A model generated the notes under the pieces. That model worked only from the letters and a program-made list of their open reading frames with translations, did not search any database and was not told the origin of the DNA. This document shows positions 12,806-27,904 of a stretch of DNA of 64,000 nt, in pieces. The DNA comes from Octopus vulgaris (taxonomy: Eukaryota): NCBI GenBank assembly GCA_951406725.2, contig OX597823.1, positions 5,146,001-5,210,000 of the forward strand, read 5' to 3'. A program made the position numbers and the translations under genes. Numbering within the stretch: the stretch's first letter is position 1; the number at the start of each line of letters is the position of its first letter.

Positions 12806-14785
12806 GGATGGTGGTTAAAACTAGATGCTTTCCTTCACAACCTTCCAAATTAACCCCTTAATATCTTGTTGAAAATTTTCCAAGTCAAAAAAATCCTATT
12901 CTTTAATAATTCTGTGACATAACAGAAATTATTGATAGAAGAAATTAGAGCTTCTTCATTTCTTTAAAATGAATGTAAGCAAGGTTAGTATAATTCTTGT
13001 GATATCATATGTTGTAGGACTGACTGCTGCAGTCTCATGTGGTACTGTGTCATAAAGGAAGCTAAGGGTTAAAAGAATTCAATTTTGGGAGATTAACTTG
13101 ATCCAAATGGTATTGCAATTTATCACAGTGAAATAAGTTTGATCTTGGCATATTACAAGTGATGTTGCTGTTGTTTTTCAATAAATATTTCATTGAGTGA
13201 CAATTTTGCTGCCCAGTCTTTTCAGTTAAAGCTCAGTGACTTACTGTGTGGTTTGTCTTGTATCTTTGACTCTATACACAGAAACATAAGCATTAATGTA
13301 ATAGTTCCAGGTTTTGGTCTTAGGTTAACAAAGTCAGATATGGTGTATGCTTCAAAACATTCAACTGAGCCATTATTGAGAGTGTCCATGATTTTGTATG
13401 GTTAACATTGTTTGTCTTAATGTCAGATTTCAGTGAATATCCTAATGGTGTAGTTAGGATCCAGGCATGCCATATCTCTAACTTGGTTGTTGCTGCTTAA
13501 TCCCAGATCAAACCCCTAGTGAATAGACCTATGCCCTTCCCTTGGATATTGTATGTCTAACACTACATTATTTAATGTTACTCCTTTTTCAAAACAATAA
13601 AGTGTCATTTGAAGCAGATTTGGTTTCTGTTTCTAGCAGATTGACAACCATACGCAAAGGCTTGTTGGTTTGTCTCAACCTTGCTTTCAGCTTCTGTGAG
13701 GATCTTTATGATATCACTTTGCTTACAGTGATGCTAATGGCTTTAGAAAAGGAATTTCCATCATATGGTACTGCTTTTTAACTCCTCTAAGATCATTTAA
13801 CATTTTGGTATATGAACCACTAAGGATGGTCTTGTGGAAAATATAAACATTTGAGGTTTCAGTTGATTTCAGTTCTTGGTGAAATGGTTTATTCTTTTTC
13901 TTTTTTTATGAACTGCATGATTTCTTTAACCCTTCTTACTACCATATTTCTGCTTTTGTTTTAATTAATTTTGAAAAAAAAACTTACAAAAATAACTTAG
14001 TCATTATTTATAGCTAGTGTTTGGAGCATAAATTAACATGAAATTTTGATAGAAGTTGACTTTTAAAACAGGAAGTTTATATCATAGAACCAAAAGCAGT
14101 CCCAAACAGAATGGTATCAAAAAGGTTAAAGGTAAATCTGTTTGTCAGTTACCTCAATTGCAGTATGTGTCTGGTGTCTATTTTACTAATCTTTGAGAGG
14201 TTGATGTAAAAGTTGACTCTGGCAAAGTTTTCTTCATAATGACACAAAGAAGAATTCACTACTGTTAAGAATAATGCAGCGAGAGACAGTCAAACAGCTA
14301 TAATAAGTATTAGACAATCTTTGCTGGAGGACTATTTGAAAACATACCACTAAGAGAGGGATGTAAACCAAAGTTCTTTAGTTTAAATATGTGTGTGTGT
14401 GTATAATCTTGTTTCAGTCATCAGACTGTGACCATGCTGAGGCAACACCTTGAAAGATTTTAGTTGAATGAATTGCCTCCGGTTCATATTTAAAAAAAAA
14501 TCTGGTACTGCTTCCATGATATTCTTTTGCTGTACCACTAAGCTATTGGGATGTAAACACACCAACATCTTAGTGGAGGACAAACAAACACACACACATG
14601 CGCATGCATGCATGCACATGATAGGCTTCAAATTCTGCTGAGATGACCTTTGCCTTTCAGCCTTTTAAGGTTGATAAACTAAGTTGCAGTTGAACACCAG
14701 GGTGAATGTAATTGACTTGCCCTCACCTCCCAAAATTGCTGGCCTTGTACCAAATTTGAAACCATTATTATTATCATCATCATTA

Positions 14786-14819
<34 letters not shown>

Positions 14820-15869
14820 GGTAGCAGGTGGAATTGTTACCACAATGAAGAAATTGCTTAATGTTACTTCCTTCACTGCTTTATATCCAGGGTTCAAATA
14901 CTGCCGAGGCCAACTTTCTTACATAAAGTACCAGCTGAGAACTGGGGTCATTGTAACCAACTCACTCACTCCTCGTATAGCCTTGTGTTAAAATTAGAAA
15001 GAATTATTATTATTTAATCCTCACTATTCATTTGTCTGAAATTGTATTTCAAGAGTACTTGTTACATATATGCTTAGATTTGCATCAGAAAGAAATATTA
15101 ATTACACTTTGTGCAGTCACCTCCATTCTGTTTAATAGTATTATTATTTTGTTTGAGACTTATTCTGTTAACATACTGTTAATAACCAAAGTCATATTGT
15201 TGAGCTTTCGTTTCTTGCTTTCCTTTTTATTACTCTCATGTTTCTCTCATAACGTTTTTTTATTACCCATTCTGTGAATAGTTTTCTCAACTTTTCTTTT
15301 TTCTCATTTACTTTTATTAGATTCTAAATGTTGATTCCCATAGCTACTCAACACATTTGACACACATCACTCTCAATTTTATAGACGTTACATTATATTA
15401 ATCCCAGTTTTTTTTTTTCCATATATCTTAGCATGATGTAATCACTAAATGTAAGTCTTATTCAACAACAAACTGTAATGAGGTAGCCGAAGGGGGAAGA
15501 AACATTAAAAATATTGACTCAACTAACCCCTTCTTTATTGAAACTAAGTGGGTTAAATGTGGGCAAAATATTGCAAAGGCAATCTTGTGCATTATTAAAT
15601 AGGACTACTTAGTAATATGTTGCATGATAATCTGCTAAATCGTTAAGAATAAAACAAAATACTTAAGTTTTAAGAGGATTAAAATAATCTGGTTTGCAAT
15701 TTTTTTTTTTATTTATAAGAAACATTTTTCTTAAAGCAACATTTTTTCTTATATTTAATTTAAATATTTCAAATATTTTTCATCTTGTTTTAGCATCATC
15801 ATCATCATCACCATCATATTTATGTAATATTTTTCACTGCTGCTGGACTGAGAGAAAATATTAAAAGCC

Positions 15870-16432
15870 AAACGTGGCTGTGTAGTTATGAAGCTTGCTT
15901 CCTTACCACATGGTTTCAGGTTCAGTCCCAATGCGTAGCACCTTAGGCAAGTGTCTTTTACAACAGCCTCAGGCCAACCAAAGCCTTGTGAGTGGATTTG
16001 GTAGACGGAAACTGAAAGAAACCTGTAGTGGAGGGGGAGGGGTTAAGTTTGCTTCCCATTCACATAATTTTGGGTTCAGTCCCACTGCATGGCACTGCAC
16101 GGGAAAATGTCTGATATAGACTCTGGCTATATGAGTGGATTTGGTAGATGGAAACTAAAAGAAGCCTGTCTTGTGTGTGTGTGTGTGAACATGTCCTGTT
16201 CTTGACAGCAGGTGATTGTTACAAATGAGCATCACCATCATACAACTAGTGTCCTTCATTTCCAATCTTCCATGAAAACATGTCCAGCCATCAGGAAATA
16301 TTGCTTGGACATGGGTCAGAGCTGGTAACAGGAAAAGCATCCAGTCATAGAAGATCTTCTTTGACAAATTCCACCCAACATTTGCAAACATGGTTAAAAA
16401 GAAAAAATGACTTCAAAAATGCTGATGGTGAT
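15870..16432 (+). mobile_element. tRNA-headed SINE with duplicated head
   Basis: gtggctgtgtagttatgaagcttgcttcc...ccttaggcaagtgtc...; the head is repeated at ~16040-16160, then the RTE-like tail. Confidence 0.75.
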
Positions 16433-16704
16433 GATTAATCGTAATCTCAGATAATTTGATGTCATTACAAAGCTGTCTGGAATTAAAGCAGAGATTGGAT
16501 TGGTTTCGGGTAATTTTTAAGATCAGACACAAAGATTTTATGAATGTTTAAACACTCAGTAGACTTCTCATGTTTATATTGTAATTATCTGCATATTAAT
16601 TTTCTGACAGTTTTAATTAATGTTGTTAAATTGGCAACAGGGTGGGGCAAACATTAAAATATGTAAAGAAAAACTGAACATTTTCTATGGATCGTCCCCC
16701 TCTC

Positions 16705-16762
<58 letters not shown>

Positions 16763-17050
16763 TATACATATGCACGCACACACACATTTGTGTTTATTAT
16801 GTAACAAAATGTATGTTTATGTGCAAAAGTCTGTGTATATAATTATATATGCACACATATATACATACATATATTCTACATATATAGTATGGGCCAAAAG
16901 TCACAAATGCAGTTGGTGCAACTACTGAAGCCACCAGATTATTCCTTCAGATTGCAATAGGCAGTCAGGATCTATGACCTTTGGCCCCATCCTGTATATA
17001 CACACATATTTATACATATATACACATATAGGTGTATGTATATAAGTATA

Positions 17051-17487
17051 TGAGGTGGTATCAGAAAGTTCACACAAACTGTAGCACACAAACAGATGGC
17101 GGCACATGGTTGTGTGCACAGTAAGAGCTAGCAGTGACCTTCACGAAGCAGTGTGCCAAGTGACATCATTATGTTTACTTTGAAAGTTGTGAAATTTGTG
17201 CTTTTGTGATCACGTGTGGATGCTGTGGTCTGTGATTTTGTCACAGACAGGAACAAAGAGTCAACATGAAATTTTGCATTAAACTTGGGAAGTCTGCTAC
17301 AGAGACATTGAGCATGCTTCAGCAAGCTTACGGCAATGAAGCAGTGGGTCGTACGCAATGTTTTGAGTGGCACAGGTGCTTCAGAAGCAGAAGAATGTCT
17401 CTGCAAGATGATGAGCAATCTAGAAGACCTATCACAAGCATCTCTCCTGGAAATAGGATATTGTGCATCAAGAATTCATCCCCAAGA
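17051..17487 (+). mobile_element. Mariner-type transposon 5' fragment, internally deleted
   Basis: KFCIKLGKSATETLSMLQQAYG...FEWHRCF...DDEQSRRP matches the mariner N-terminal HTH region, fused directly to an IVHQEFIP segment from the catalytic region. Confidence 0.8.
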
Positions 17488-17489
17488 GC

Positions 17490-17555
<66 letters not shown>

Positions 17556-17570
17556 ATATATATATATATA

Positions 17571-17957
17571 CTAGCAGTATCGCCCGGCATTGCTCGGGTT
17601 TGTAAGGGAAATAACTATGTAAGCATTTTTAAAGAGTTATAGCCAAAGAATGCATTAAAAATGGAAAAAAAATGATGGTAAATTTTTTTTTAAATCGTTG
17701 ACTCATTGTAGACATTTTTGGAGAGTTACTTACCTTATATAATAGCGAAAAAAATGCATTAAAATGGAAAAAATGATGGTAAATTATTTTTTAAATCGTA
17801 GACTCATCGTAGACATGCGCTAATACCCAGAAGGGCTCGATATGAATCACGACTATAAGATACCCGGTTTTGGTTAAACTGCACCGCAAAATGTGGGAGT
17901 AGTTAGGAATCTAAATCGTAGGAGACAGACACACAACCTTACTTTTATATATAAAGA
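17571..17957 (-). mobile_element. Non-autonomous Helitron, copy 2, with internal ~90-100 bp tandem duplication
   Basis: Same termini and hairpin as 4373-4656; inserted in (TA)n; block 17624-17713 is repeated at 17713-17814. Confidence 0.85.
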
Positions 17958-19451
17958 TATATATATATATATATATATAGAATGATAGATAAATAGAGAA
18001 TTGTTTATTAGGATGGGCATCTAGCCATAGAAACCATTTCAAAGCAGACAGTAGAGCTTGGTGCAACATCTGGCTTGCCAGCTCCTATCAAGCCATCCAG
18101 TCCATGGAAGATGGCTGTTAAATGATATATGTGTATGTGTGCACATGCATGCATGCCTGCACACACATGAAATTTTGCATTAAACTTGGAAAGTCTGCTA
18201 CAGAGACATTGAGCATGTTTCGGCAAGCTTATGGCAATGAGGCACATGCATGCACGTGTGTGTGTGGAAAAAAAAGAGTGGCTAACTGCTCATCTTGACT
18301 CAGAATTTAGACTGCAGTCAAGAAGTAGTAGCAATACCAATGAACAAACCAGTATCTTCCAAACTATTAACTGTATTTGTTTTAGGATATCTACTTATTA
18401 TTTCAGTGCCAACAAGACTGGAAACTTAGATGTGAGAACTGGATTATTCTTATACTCAATCATTTAGCTTTAAAAACCTCTTTTAGAACGTTGCCTGTTG
18501 AAAAGATCTTCCATTCTAATTTCTTTCTTCTTTTTTTTTTCTCTCCAAGCCTACAGAAACCGGCTACTTAACATTAATTACACAACATCGTGTGTCCAGT
18601 CTGCCAGTTTTAAGATAAATATTTTTTTATTCTGTTTTCTCAAACTTTGGTCTCTACTAATGACTTTAACATATCTTTTACATATATTTGTTTTATGGTT
18701 ACATAGATTCTTCCTTGTACCAATTACTTCACTGTGAAGGCAATGTCTGTTGGAGTTGTTATCAAGGAGCTTGGGAATGTTTCTGATAAGTTATTTATCG
18801 CAGATATTTTGTTAATTGTACATTTACAGAAAAAGAACAAAAAAAAAAAATTGTTGCTAACCTCTCCATCAGAAGATAGAGTTATATAAATGAGAAATTT
18901 GTTTTACTTAATTTTATTTTCAGGCAATAAATATTTTTGTTTTTGAAAATTAATATTCATTTCATCATTTTGTATAAGCACCAACAAATTTGATGTAAGT
19001 CAAATTATAAGTGTTCCATGTATCTCATATTTCCCAATATTAACCCATAGTAACCATTATATATTTCCAAAGTTAACTGTCATATGATAAGTGACCTTGA
19101 TTCCATTATTTACTTCTGTCTGTCTGTCCCCCCCCCACTCTCTCTGCCATGCCTGTTTTGCAGGCATTGCTAATCATAGACTTTCAAGCAAAATTCAACA
19201 TTTTTTTTCTTGGGTAAGAATTGGAAATTGTTTCCCTGTTACTTTCTTTTAGTCTGTTTACAGTTTAGTCTGCTAATGCTCTGCTCTTCTGAACTTACTC
19301 TTGAGGCACATGTCTTATTTTAATCCTTGTATATGATATTAACTTCCTGTTTTAATCTGATGTAAATGAAAACTCTCCATCAAAAGTTCTTAATAAATAT
19401 TCCAAACAAAGCACTTTTTTCATTGGCCCCTTTTGTTTTTCATTGGTCTCT

Positions 19452-19640
19452 GTTGCTGTTAGCCTAACTCAGCCTTGAAGAATACATTCTTGCCATGACA
19501 TTCCCCATTTTCATCCTATGTGCTGGGGATTTAAGATGAATTTATCTAATGTTGCTTTTTTTTGAAGATGGGAGTATGATTTAGGGCAGATTTGGTTGCT
19601 ATGTCTAGCATATCTCACAACCACACAGTGACTCCATCCT
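19452..19640 (+). repeat. Unclassified ~180-bp dispersed repeat (family C)
   Basis: tgttgctgttagcc...gccatgac..tccc...gatggg.gtatgattt.ggg.agatttggttgctat.tctagca; also near 7120-7300, 13485-13670, 24120-24185 and 28345-28495. Confidence 0.65.
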
Positions 19641-22237
19641 TGGCATTGTTACTGATATGAATCATGATATATAAAACGCATTAAAATCTCATACCTATTC
19701 CCTGATAGTCCAACTAAAAATCTAGACAGGCAACTGCCTAAAAAACACAAGGTACAATTGTCATTTTGAATGTTTACTTCTCCATACTTGGATGCGTTAG
19801 AAAGGATTTGTGGAGGCAGATATTCTACAACTAGAAGCCTTTCCTCTCACTGACCCTCACATGTTTCCAAGTAAAGAAATATTTCCATATGGTCATGTTT
19901 TCACGGAAGGCTGGAGACAAGTGGCTCTGCTTGTATGATGGTGATATTCATTTACACCTGCCAAGTGATGTCAAGACAAAGAGACACATGCACTAATGTG
20001 TGATGAGCTTCTTTCAGTTTCCTTCTATGAAATTCACTTACAATGCTTTGGTTGGCCTAGGGCTATAGTAGAAGAAGCATGCCCAGAGTGTCACACGGTT
20101 GGATTGAGCCCAAAACTATCTGGTTGGGAAGCAAACTTAACCATACAGACATGCCTGATGGTTAATTCTTATCAATAACATGAAGTTTAGTCTAGTAGTG
20201 TTTCAAGAATTGAATTTTTCAAAAAGTGCTGTCTGGGATTTCATTTTGTCCCAAAAGAATGGTTATATTGAGTTCTAAACTACCTAAATGATAATATTAT
20301 TAAAAATATTTGAGAGCCTGAGAAAGCTTGATGATGGAATAATACAAATCTTATTTTCCATTGATATATTTTTTTTATTCTATGTTACCATTTGAGGCTA
20401 ATGAAAGAGCCTCTATACAGCTGGTGTATTTAAAAGAAATAGCAGTCAAAACTCCTTCCTAATTTCAATCCTTTAGCATTTAAACTGGCCATATCTGCCC
20501 AAAGTATTCTCCTTGCTTTGTTCAAATTGGCCAGATCCAGCCTCTCACACTTACCTTACAGTGTCATTCTAAAAGTAAACAATTACATCATGATGGACTT
20601 TGGGTGGTTCTTAAGAAACATGGATGATGTCCTTGAAAGCTACAAGATAATGCATGATTAATTCAAAGCAATATGAATAAATAAGCATTACATTTGACTG
20701 AGAAATCTGAATGCTAAAGGGTTTAAATAAAAAGCACCCCCCCCCACACACAGACATTGTAGTTTCTGGTGGACTAAAAGACAGAGAGGAGGATCATATT
20801 TTAGTCATATGTCTTTTTTATTAGAGCTACCCTACATTAAGCAAAGATATCATTGGATGATTCTGGTGTTTTTTGTCAGTAAGAGATGTTCCATATATTT
20901 GACCATCGCCATTGTCATCATTTTAATGTCTACTTCCCCATGTTTGCATGGGTTGGGCAAAATCTGAGGCAGATTGCCAACCTTCATCTGTTTCTGAGCA
21001 AGTTGTATTTTTCACAGAATACTGAAAACAAACAATGTAAATTGTATGATGGTGATATTTATTTACAACCAGCACATGATGTGAAGACAGGGGAGGGAGG
21101 TGGACACACGGACACACACACACACTATTTGATGGCATATAAGATGCACTAATGAACTGTTGAAATTGGAATGCTTGTGCCTTTTTTTATGCCATTAAAT
21201 ATGGTGTGTGTGTGTGTATACATATATATTTGTGATGGACTTGTTTCAGTTGCTATCAACTAAATTTATTCACAGGGCTTTGGTTGATCTGGGCCAGGAG
21301 AAAATGCTGGCCAAAGATGCCACACAATGGGAGTGGGACTGAACCTGCAACCCTATGGCTGAGAGGCAACTTTCTTAATTACCCGGCTTTGCCCACACAA
21401 ATTGCATTTTCACAACATCAATGAGAGAAGAATTAAATAAATTATATGATAAATCAAAATATTAATTTATTGACACACACGCACACACACACATATATAT
21501 ATATATTTAATATATATTTTGATGTAAATTAAAACTGAAAGAAATTTTCTGATGGAGTGTAAAAATGATGAAATCTATTTAAGGCACAGCATGTAATTTT
21601 AAAAATCAAAACCATATAATTGAAATAGGGTGCATCAAGTATTTTAGTTCCTACCTCCCATGGGGTTTAATATTTAAATTTGATTAATTATTGGGCTTCC
21701 TTTTGATGCATGTCTTACCAGTTTTACATTTGTGTGTATGTGTGTTTGTTTATTTAACATCGTTGGCCCATTCTTGGGGCTGAGTTTTCTATGACTGGAT
21801 GTTCTTCCTTCCCCAATCGCCACATAATTCCAAGGGATGCAATCTCTCAGTTTATTGAAACAGCACAAATATATTTTATGCAGGGAGCTGGAAACAAATG
21901 ACACCAGATGAACAAACCTTTTGTTTACAAACATTGCACATGTTGAAACATGTTTTCACAGTGGACTGCAAGCAAACGTCTGTTGACATAAAGCTGTTGT
22001 TTACAACAAGTGAGTGAAATGCATTTGTAGACAAAAGGGAAATATTAAATCACTTCTCTCTCTTTCTCTCTCAAGCACACACACTTACTTTCCATATATA
22101 ATGTCTGACATTGGTATGTAGCAGTAAAATATTTCCAGGTCAGTTGGTGCTACTGATGTGGCTGCCCATTAATTCTCTTCAAGAATGTGGCTATGAATCC
22201 ACCAGTAGCACACATCTGCTTCTAGAAAGTTATTTAA

Positions 22238-22452
22238 CCTTTTAGCATTCGATTATTCTGTTCAAAGTAATGCTTATCTATTCACATCGTTTTGAATCAA
22301 TCAGGATCTTGTAGTTTCTAGAGGTCAATGATATGATTGTTTATTTTTAGAATGACATCGTAGGATAGGTGTGAGAGGCTGGATGTGGTTGCTTTGGACA
22401 TAAAACAGCTAGAATATTTGGGCTTGATATGGCCAGTTTAAATGCTAAAGGG
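22238..22452 (+). mobile_element. TTAA MITE family A
   Basis: TTAA|CCTTTTAGCATT...AATGCTAAAGGG|TTAA. Other copies at about 1915-2121 (-), 5679-5849 (+) and 20469-20721 (-). Confidence 0.85.
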
Positions 22453-23053
22453 TTAAAAAACACAGCGCTTACATATACTTCTGATTCCTGTCTTTGGTTC
22501 TGGAAGAATGTGGTCTGATGGCAGAAAAAGAACCATCAATACAACTAGGCTCTGATCACACTTGCACAAGGTTGCATGAGGCTTTTTAAAAATTTTTATT
22601 TAATTTTTTTTGGTTGGGGGGGACCAGCTGTAGCAGGCTTAGCAAATGGATTCATTTGGCTTTGTGAACTAGATTGAAGTATAAACTAAATCTTGTGGGC
22701 CAGTTTTGGAACAATTATTCCTAAAACCTTTTTCACATTTCAGTCTTTCTATGATAGGCACAAGGTCTGAAATTTGGGAGAGGGTGGGGTGGGGGCTAGT
22801 CAATTACATCAACCTAGTGGTCAACTGGTACTATTTTATTGACCTTCTGAAAGGATGAAAGGCAAAGTTGACCTCAGCAGAATTTGAACTCAGAAAATAG
22901 AGTATAAAAAGACTGCTAAGTGTTTTGTCCACCATAAAAACAATTCTGTCTGCTTGTTGCCTTAACAACTTCACCAATAATAAAAGGAAGGATATGAAGT
23001 GTTAGCAATGCTTATGTGTAGAGATGTGAGAAAAACTCATCCACATTGTACTT

Positions 23054-23094
<41 letters not shown>

Positions 23095-25564
23095 CACAGT
23101 CCTTAGTGTAAGAATAGAGATAGAGATTATCCAAATGAATGCAAACATTTCTTGAGAAGACCAATGTTAGATTGAAAGCCTGTGCTATTTCAATGTTGTT
23201 CATATCACTAGAATATTCTTAGATGAACATGTACATAAAGTTTTGGTGGGCAACTTTTGTAAGACAAAGTCAGTGGGAAGTAGGTTTCATCTTTTGGTTT
23301 ATAAGTTTTTCTTTCTTTAATTGAGATGACAAAAGATTCACTAAGATGCCCTGGTTTTTTACTAGTGGAAACTGGTGTTAACCACAACTCTAATTAGGGT
23401 CTGACTCTGAGCAACGTATGTATCTTAGAGAATATTTAAAAAATTCCAAATAATTATGAACACTTCTCTATAAAATGAAACTGAGGAGGCAAGGATGGCT
23501 GATTAAATAGTGCATAGTCCACATTTGGTCCCCTGACCTATTATTTACTTCTTAAACTTTGCCCTTTTTTTTTTTTTTGAGCTGTACTTCTTTAACCTTT
23601 GTCATTCAGTCTTACCTGCAAAGCAACAGTCTCAATCATATTAAAATAAAGTTCTTTAACCCTTTTATTAATATATTTCTGCTGAAATACCCTACTTTTG
23701 TTTGAATTGATTTTGAAAATGAAGAAGAATTTAGTGAAATAACTTTGTCATTATGAATATAAATCAACTTGAAATTTTGATGGAACAATTTAGTTTAGAA
23801 CACTGAAGTTTATATCATTAAACTAATAGCAGTCTCAGATGGGTTGGTATTAAAAGGGTTAAGACTAATCTAGAGAGAAATCCCAGTAGCACAGACTTTC
23901 CTGTAATGGACAATTCTAGAGGAATATATGGAATGTGTAAGTAGGAAATTTGACAATGGGAGGAATTCAGAACTGGATGATGCATGAGAAAACAAAACAT
24001 TATTGAGAAGATCTTTCACTGGCCCTATTTATAGCAGTCAATGTAGTAGATTTTCTATTATATTGTGCAGTTACACAAAGGCCATTATTAAATGTAAGAA
24101 TCACAAGGTGTGTGTTAGTTGTTACTGTTTAACCCTAGGAGAGGCTTGAAACTTTTCAGCCAAGACCAACTCATCCTTGTTTCAGACTCTGTGTGTGTGG
24201 TAGTTCTTGTGAATACAGTTTGATGCATGACAACTACTATTGAGTTCAGATTATCATCATCAGGTCTGCTTCCAGCACAATGATTTAGTTACTGTTAAGT
24301 AGCATTACTGGTTATGCTATATTGAGCAGATGTTGGAGAAATGATGATAAACCCAAGTTTATATCAATTGCTCCCTGTGTATGTTTCACCATTGTGGTTA
24401 AGGATCCAATTGCGTTTGGATTATCCAATGCAGAGGTCTCAAGCAATCACATTGGTGAAATGTATGTAGGAATAAATGCTATACACTTGTGTTTATCGTA
24501 ATTTCTCATATATATAGACCCACTAAATGGTACCTTGCGAAAATGTTTACTGCTATAGCTCTGAGCCAACGAAAACTTTGTGAATAGGTTTGGTAGAAGG
24601 AAACTGAAAAAAGCCTGTCACATACGTTTGTGTGTGTGTGTGTGTTTCTCCTTGTTTTGACATTATGTGTTAGTTGTGAGTGAGTGTCACCATCATTGCA
24701 GACAATGCCATTTGCTCCCAGTTTCCATGGAAACATGTCTGACCAAGGGGAAATATTACCTTACTTCAAAACAAGTAAGGGTTGGCCACAAGATTATCCA
24801 GTTGTAGAAAATCTGCCTCAATAAATTCCATCTGATCCATGCAAGCATGGAAAAGTGGATGTTAAAATGTTTTCTCATTTCAAAATTTAGTTTAAACCAT
24901 TTCTCTCCATTAAAAATGTTTTTCGCAACCGTGTGTACTTTTGTTATACACTTGAACTAACAGCAATAATCTCTTCTGCATCTAGCCTGATGCCATCCCA
25001 TCCAGACTGAGGATCGAGAAGGCAAGGTGCCAGCTGCAATAATGATAAACAACTTTCACACCCTTGCTATTAATTAGTTTGGAACTTCTAATCGGTACCT
25101 AAGTACACTGTATACACATGCACGAGCACATTTCTGTATATGTATCTATATGTGTGTGTGTGTGTGTATGATATATGTTTGCACACACACACACACACAT
25201 GCATGTATATACTACCTATACTTCATAATGTAATTCAGTGCCTTTTTCAATTATATTAATGATTACTATCTGATAAAATGTTCGATAATATGCAAAAGAA
25301 AAATAAATGTTCCAATTCATCTTCCTATTTAGAATTATATAAATATAGAAATCACACACGCAGATACGCATATTCCACTCCATCTTATGTTGTGACTTTT
25401 TCCTAGCTGTCATTATTCCCCGCCTCTTATCTTATATATGTCCTTTAAAATTTTACACACACACACAAACATATATTCCATTCCATCTTGTCTTTTTCCT
25501 GGCCAGCTTTATTCCCCATCTCCTACCTTGTGTGTGTGTGTGTGTGCATATATATACATACATA

Positions 25565-25624
<60 letters not shown>

Positions 25625-27904
25625 TACACACTCCTCTCTTAGAATTATACGTCATTTCCAACTATACTTAATTCCTTTGATTTATTTCACATGTGACGAC
25701 AGCTTCCACCACCAACATACTTCACCTCTGCCTCTGCTAACTTATCTCATGGTTTAAAACATCTTTTTTCGGTGAAAATTATATTTATGAGACATATTAT
25801 TAAACTGTGCGTTTTCTAGGTTTTTTAATCATACAAGATATTGCTTTTATCACAATTAAATAAATGTGGACAGTTAGAAATTCTCTGCTTTTTTTTTGTT
25901 GTCTTTTTGCTTCAACAATATCTTTACAACCCTGTGCTCACCTTCTCACATACATACTTTCACACTATCCACCTAACGATTACACATAACCCTGGTGCTC
26001 TCTACCTCCTCTAATGCCACTATATATGTGTGTGTGTGTCTGTATAATACACGCACACATACACACACACACACACACATGTTCTCTTTCATGTATATAT
26101 ACTTTTCTATGTCTCTATACACCAAGCATCAACACTCTGTACCTTCTTAACTAATTTCAACCTATGCATATATACTTACACATTTGCATGTCTATGCACA
26201 TATATCATAATATACATGCATGTGCCCATGCATACAAACACTTCCTACCTCCTCTAACTAATGCCAATACACACACACACATCTCTATACACATATATAC
26301 ACCACACTAACACATGCACACATGTTCACTCTTCCAGACACAATTACACTCTTATACTTGCATCTACACACCTACCCAAAGTCAGTGGAGGGGAGGTGGA
26401 ATGGCCATCATCACCAAGATGCTGTCTGAGAACCCTCAGGAAGACAAGGAGAGTCTGGCAGGGAATGTATAGTTGTGAGGTTAAGCCATTTGGTCTGAAC
26501 TGTTGCCAACCTTGTCATAGATTTGGATAAAAGACACATAATGTATTGAGTTTGAGCTGCAGTTATGGAGAATTAGAATTGGTTAAAGGTACCAAGTACA
26601 TATTTCTGGGAGTTTAAGATCTGGTGATGGTGGTGGTAGAGTATTTAGAGGGAGGTGCATCTGTTGGGTTGATGGGGATTGGATGGGGCCAGTGGGAGTG
26701 GAGAAGTGGCTGTGTTTGAGAAAAAGGATTTTGGTTAGAACAGCAGTTTCTTCATGTATCATCATCATCATCATTCTGTTTTTACTTTTCCATGTCTGCA
26801 TGCATCAGATGGAATTTGTTGTGGCAGATTTCTACAGCTGGATACCCTTCCTGTTGCCAACCCTCACTTGTTTCTGAGCAAGGTAATATTTCCCCATGGC
26901 CAGACATATTTTCTACAGAACAATGGAAGTGAATAACCCTGCTTGTATGACAGTGACACTCATTTACAATCAACACGTGATTTCTAGACATGGGTTCACA
27001 CACACACATACATGCACACAACTGGATATTTTCAGGTTATGTCAACTAGGTTTTCTCGTAATGCTCTGATTGGCTCAGGGCTGTAGTAGAAGACATTTGT
27101 CCCAGGTGTTGTGCTGTGTGGTTGAATCCATGGCTATGTGGCTGGGGAAACAAACTTCATTATGTATATCTTTATTTTAATATATATATATATACTTTAA
27201 TCAGGTGGGTAGGCAGTTTTCATATAGATGCCTTAGTGGAATTTGATCTTAGAATGCATAGAGCAAGAAAAAGTACCTCAAGGCATCTGGTCTAATATTC
27301 TCACAGTACCACCAGTCTACCATCTTGGATTGGTACTGTTTTACCGATTGCCAAAAGATTGTAAAGCAAAGTTGCCCATGATGGGATTCAAACTTCAAAT
27401 GCAGAGAGTCAGAACAGAAACTGTGAAATTATTCTGTCTGGTCGGCTAACAACTCAGTCAAGTTGCCAATTATCTGTTGAATTATTTGTGGAATTATTTT
27501 TCTGAGGGAGACTCATTGCTCTAGTATAATAATAATATGTTAGCTGACAACATCCAAGTGATGGGACTGAACTTCTAACCATGTGATTCGAAAGTGAACT
27601 TCTTGACCACACAACTAAACCTCCACCCATACTGTGTTCTCACCTATTTAATATGAATAACCAGTATTTAATATGAATTATGAATTTTGTGAGAGAATTT
27701 TAGCAGCATTAGTCACCTTACAAGTCTCCAAACAATTGATAGAAGTTGTAAGTCTAATATCTAAACGTTTCACCTGAATTTTGATGATGTCAGCAAAATA
27801 AACTTTCTTTTGTTAACAACTCTGTTGTATTTTCTCAGTGTTCTACTAAAATACTCCTTTACTATTTTTAGCTATTTCATTGTATTTCTGTTATTTACAA
27901 ACAT

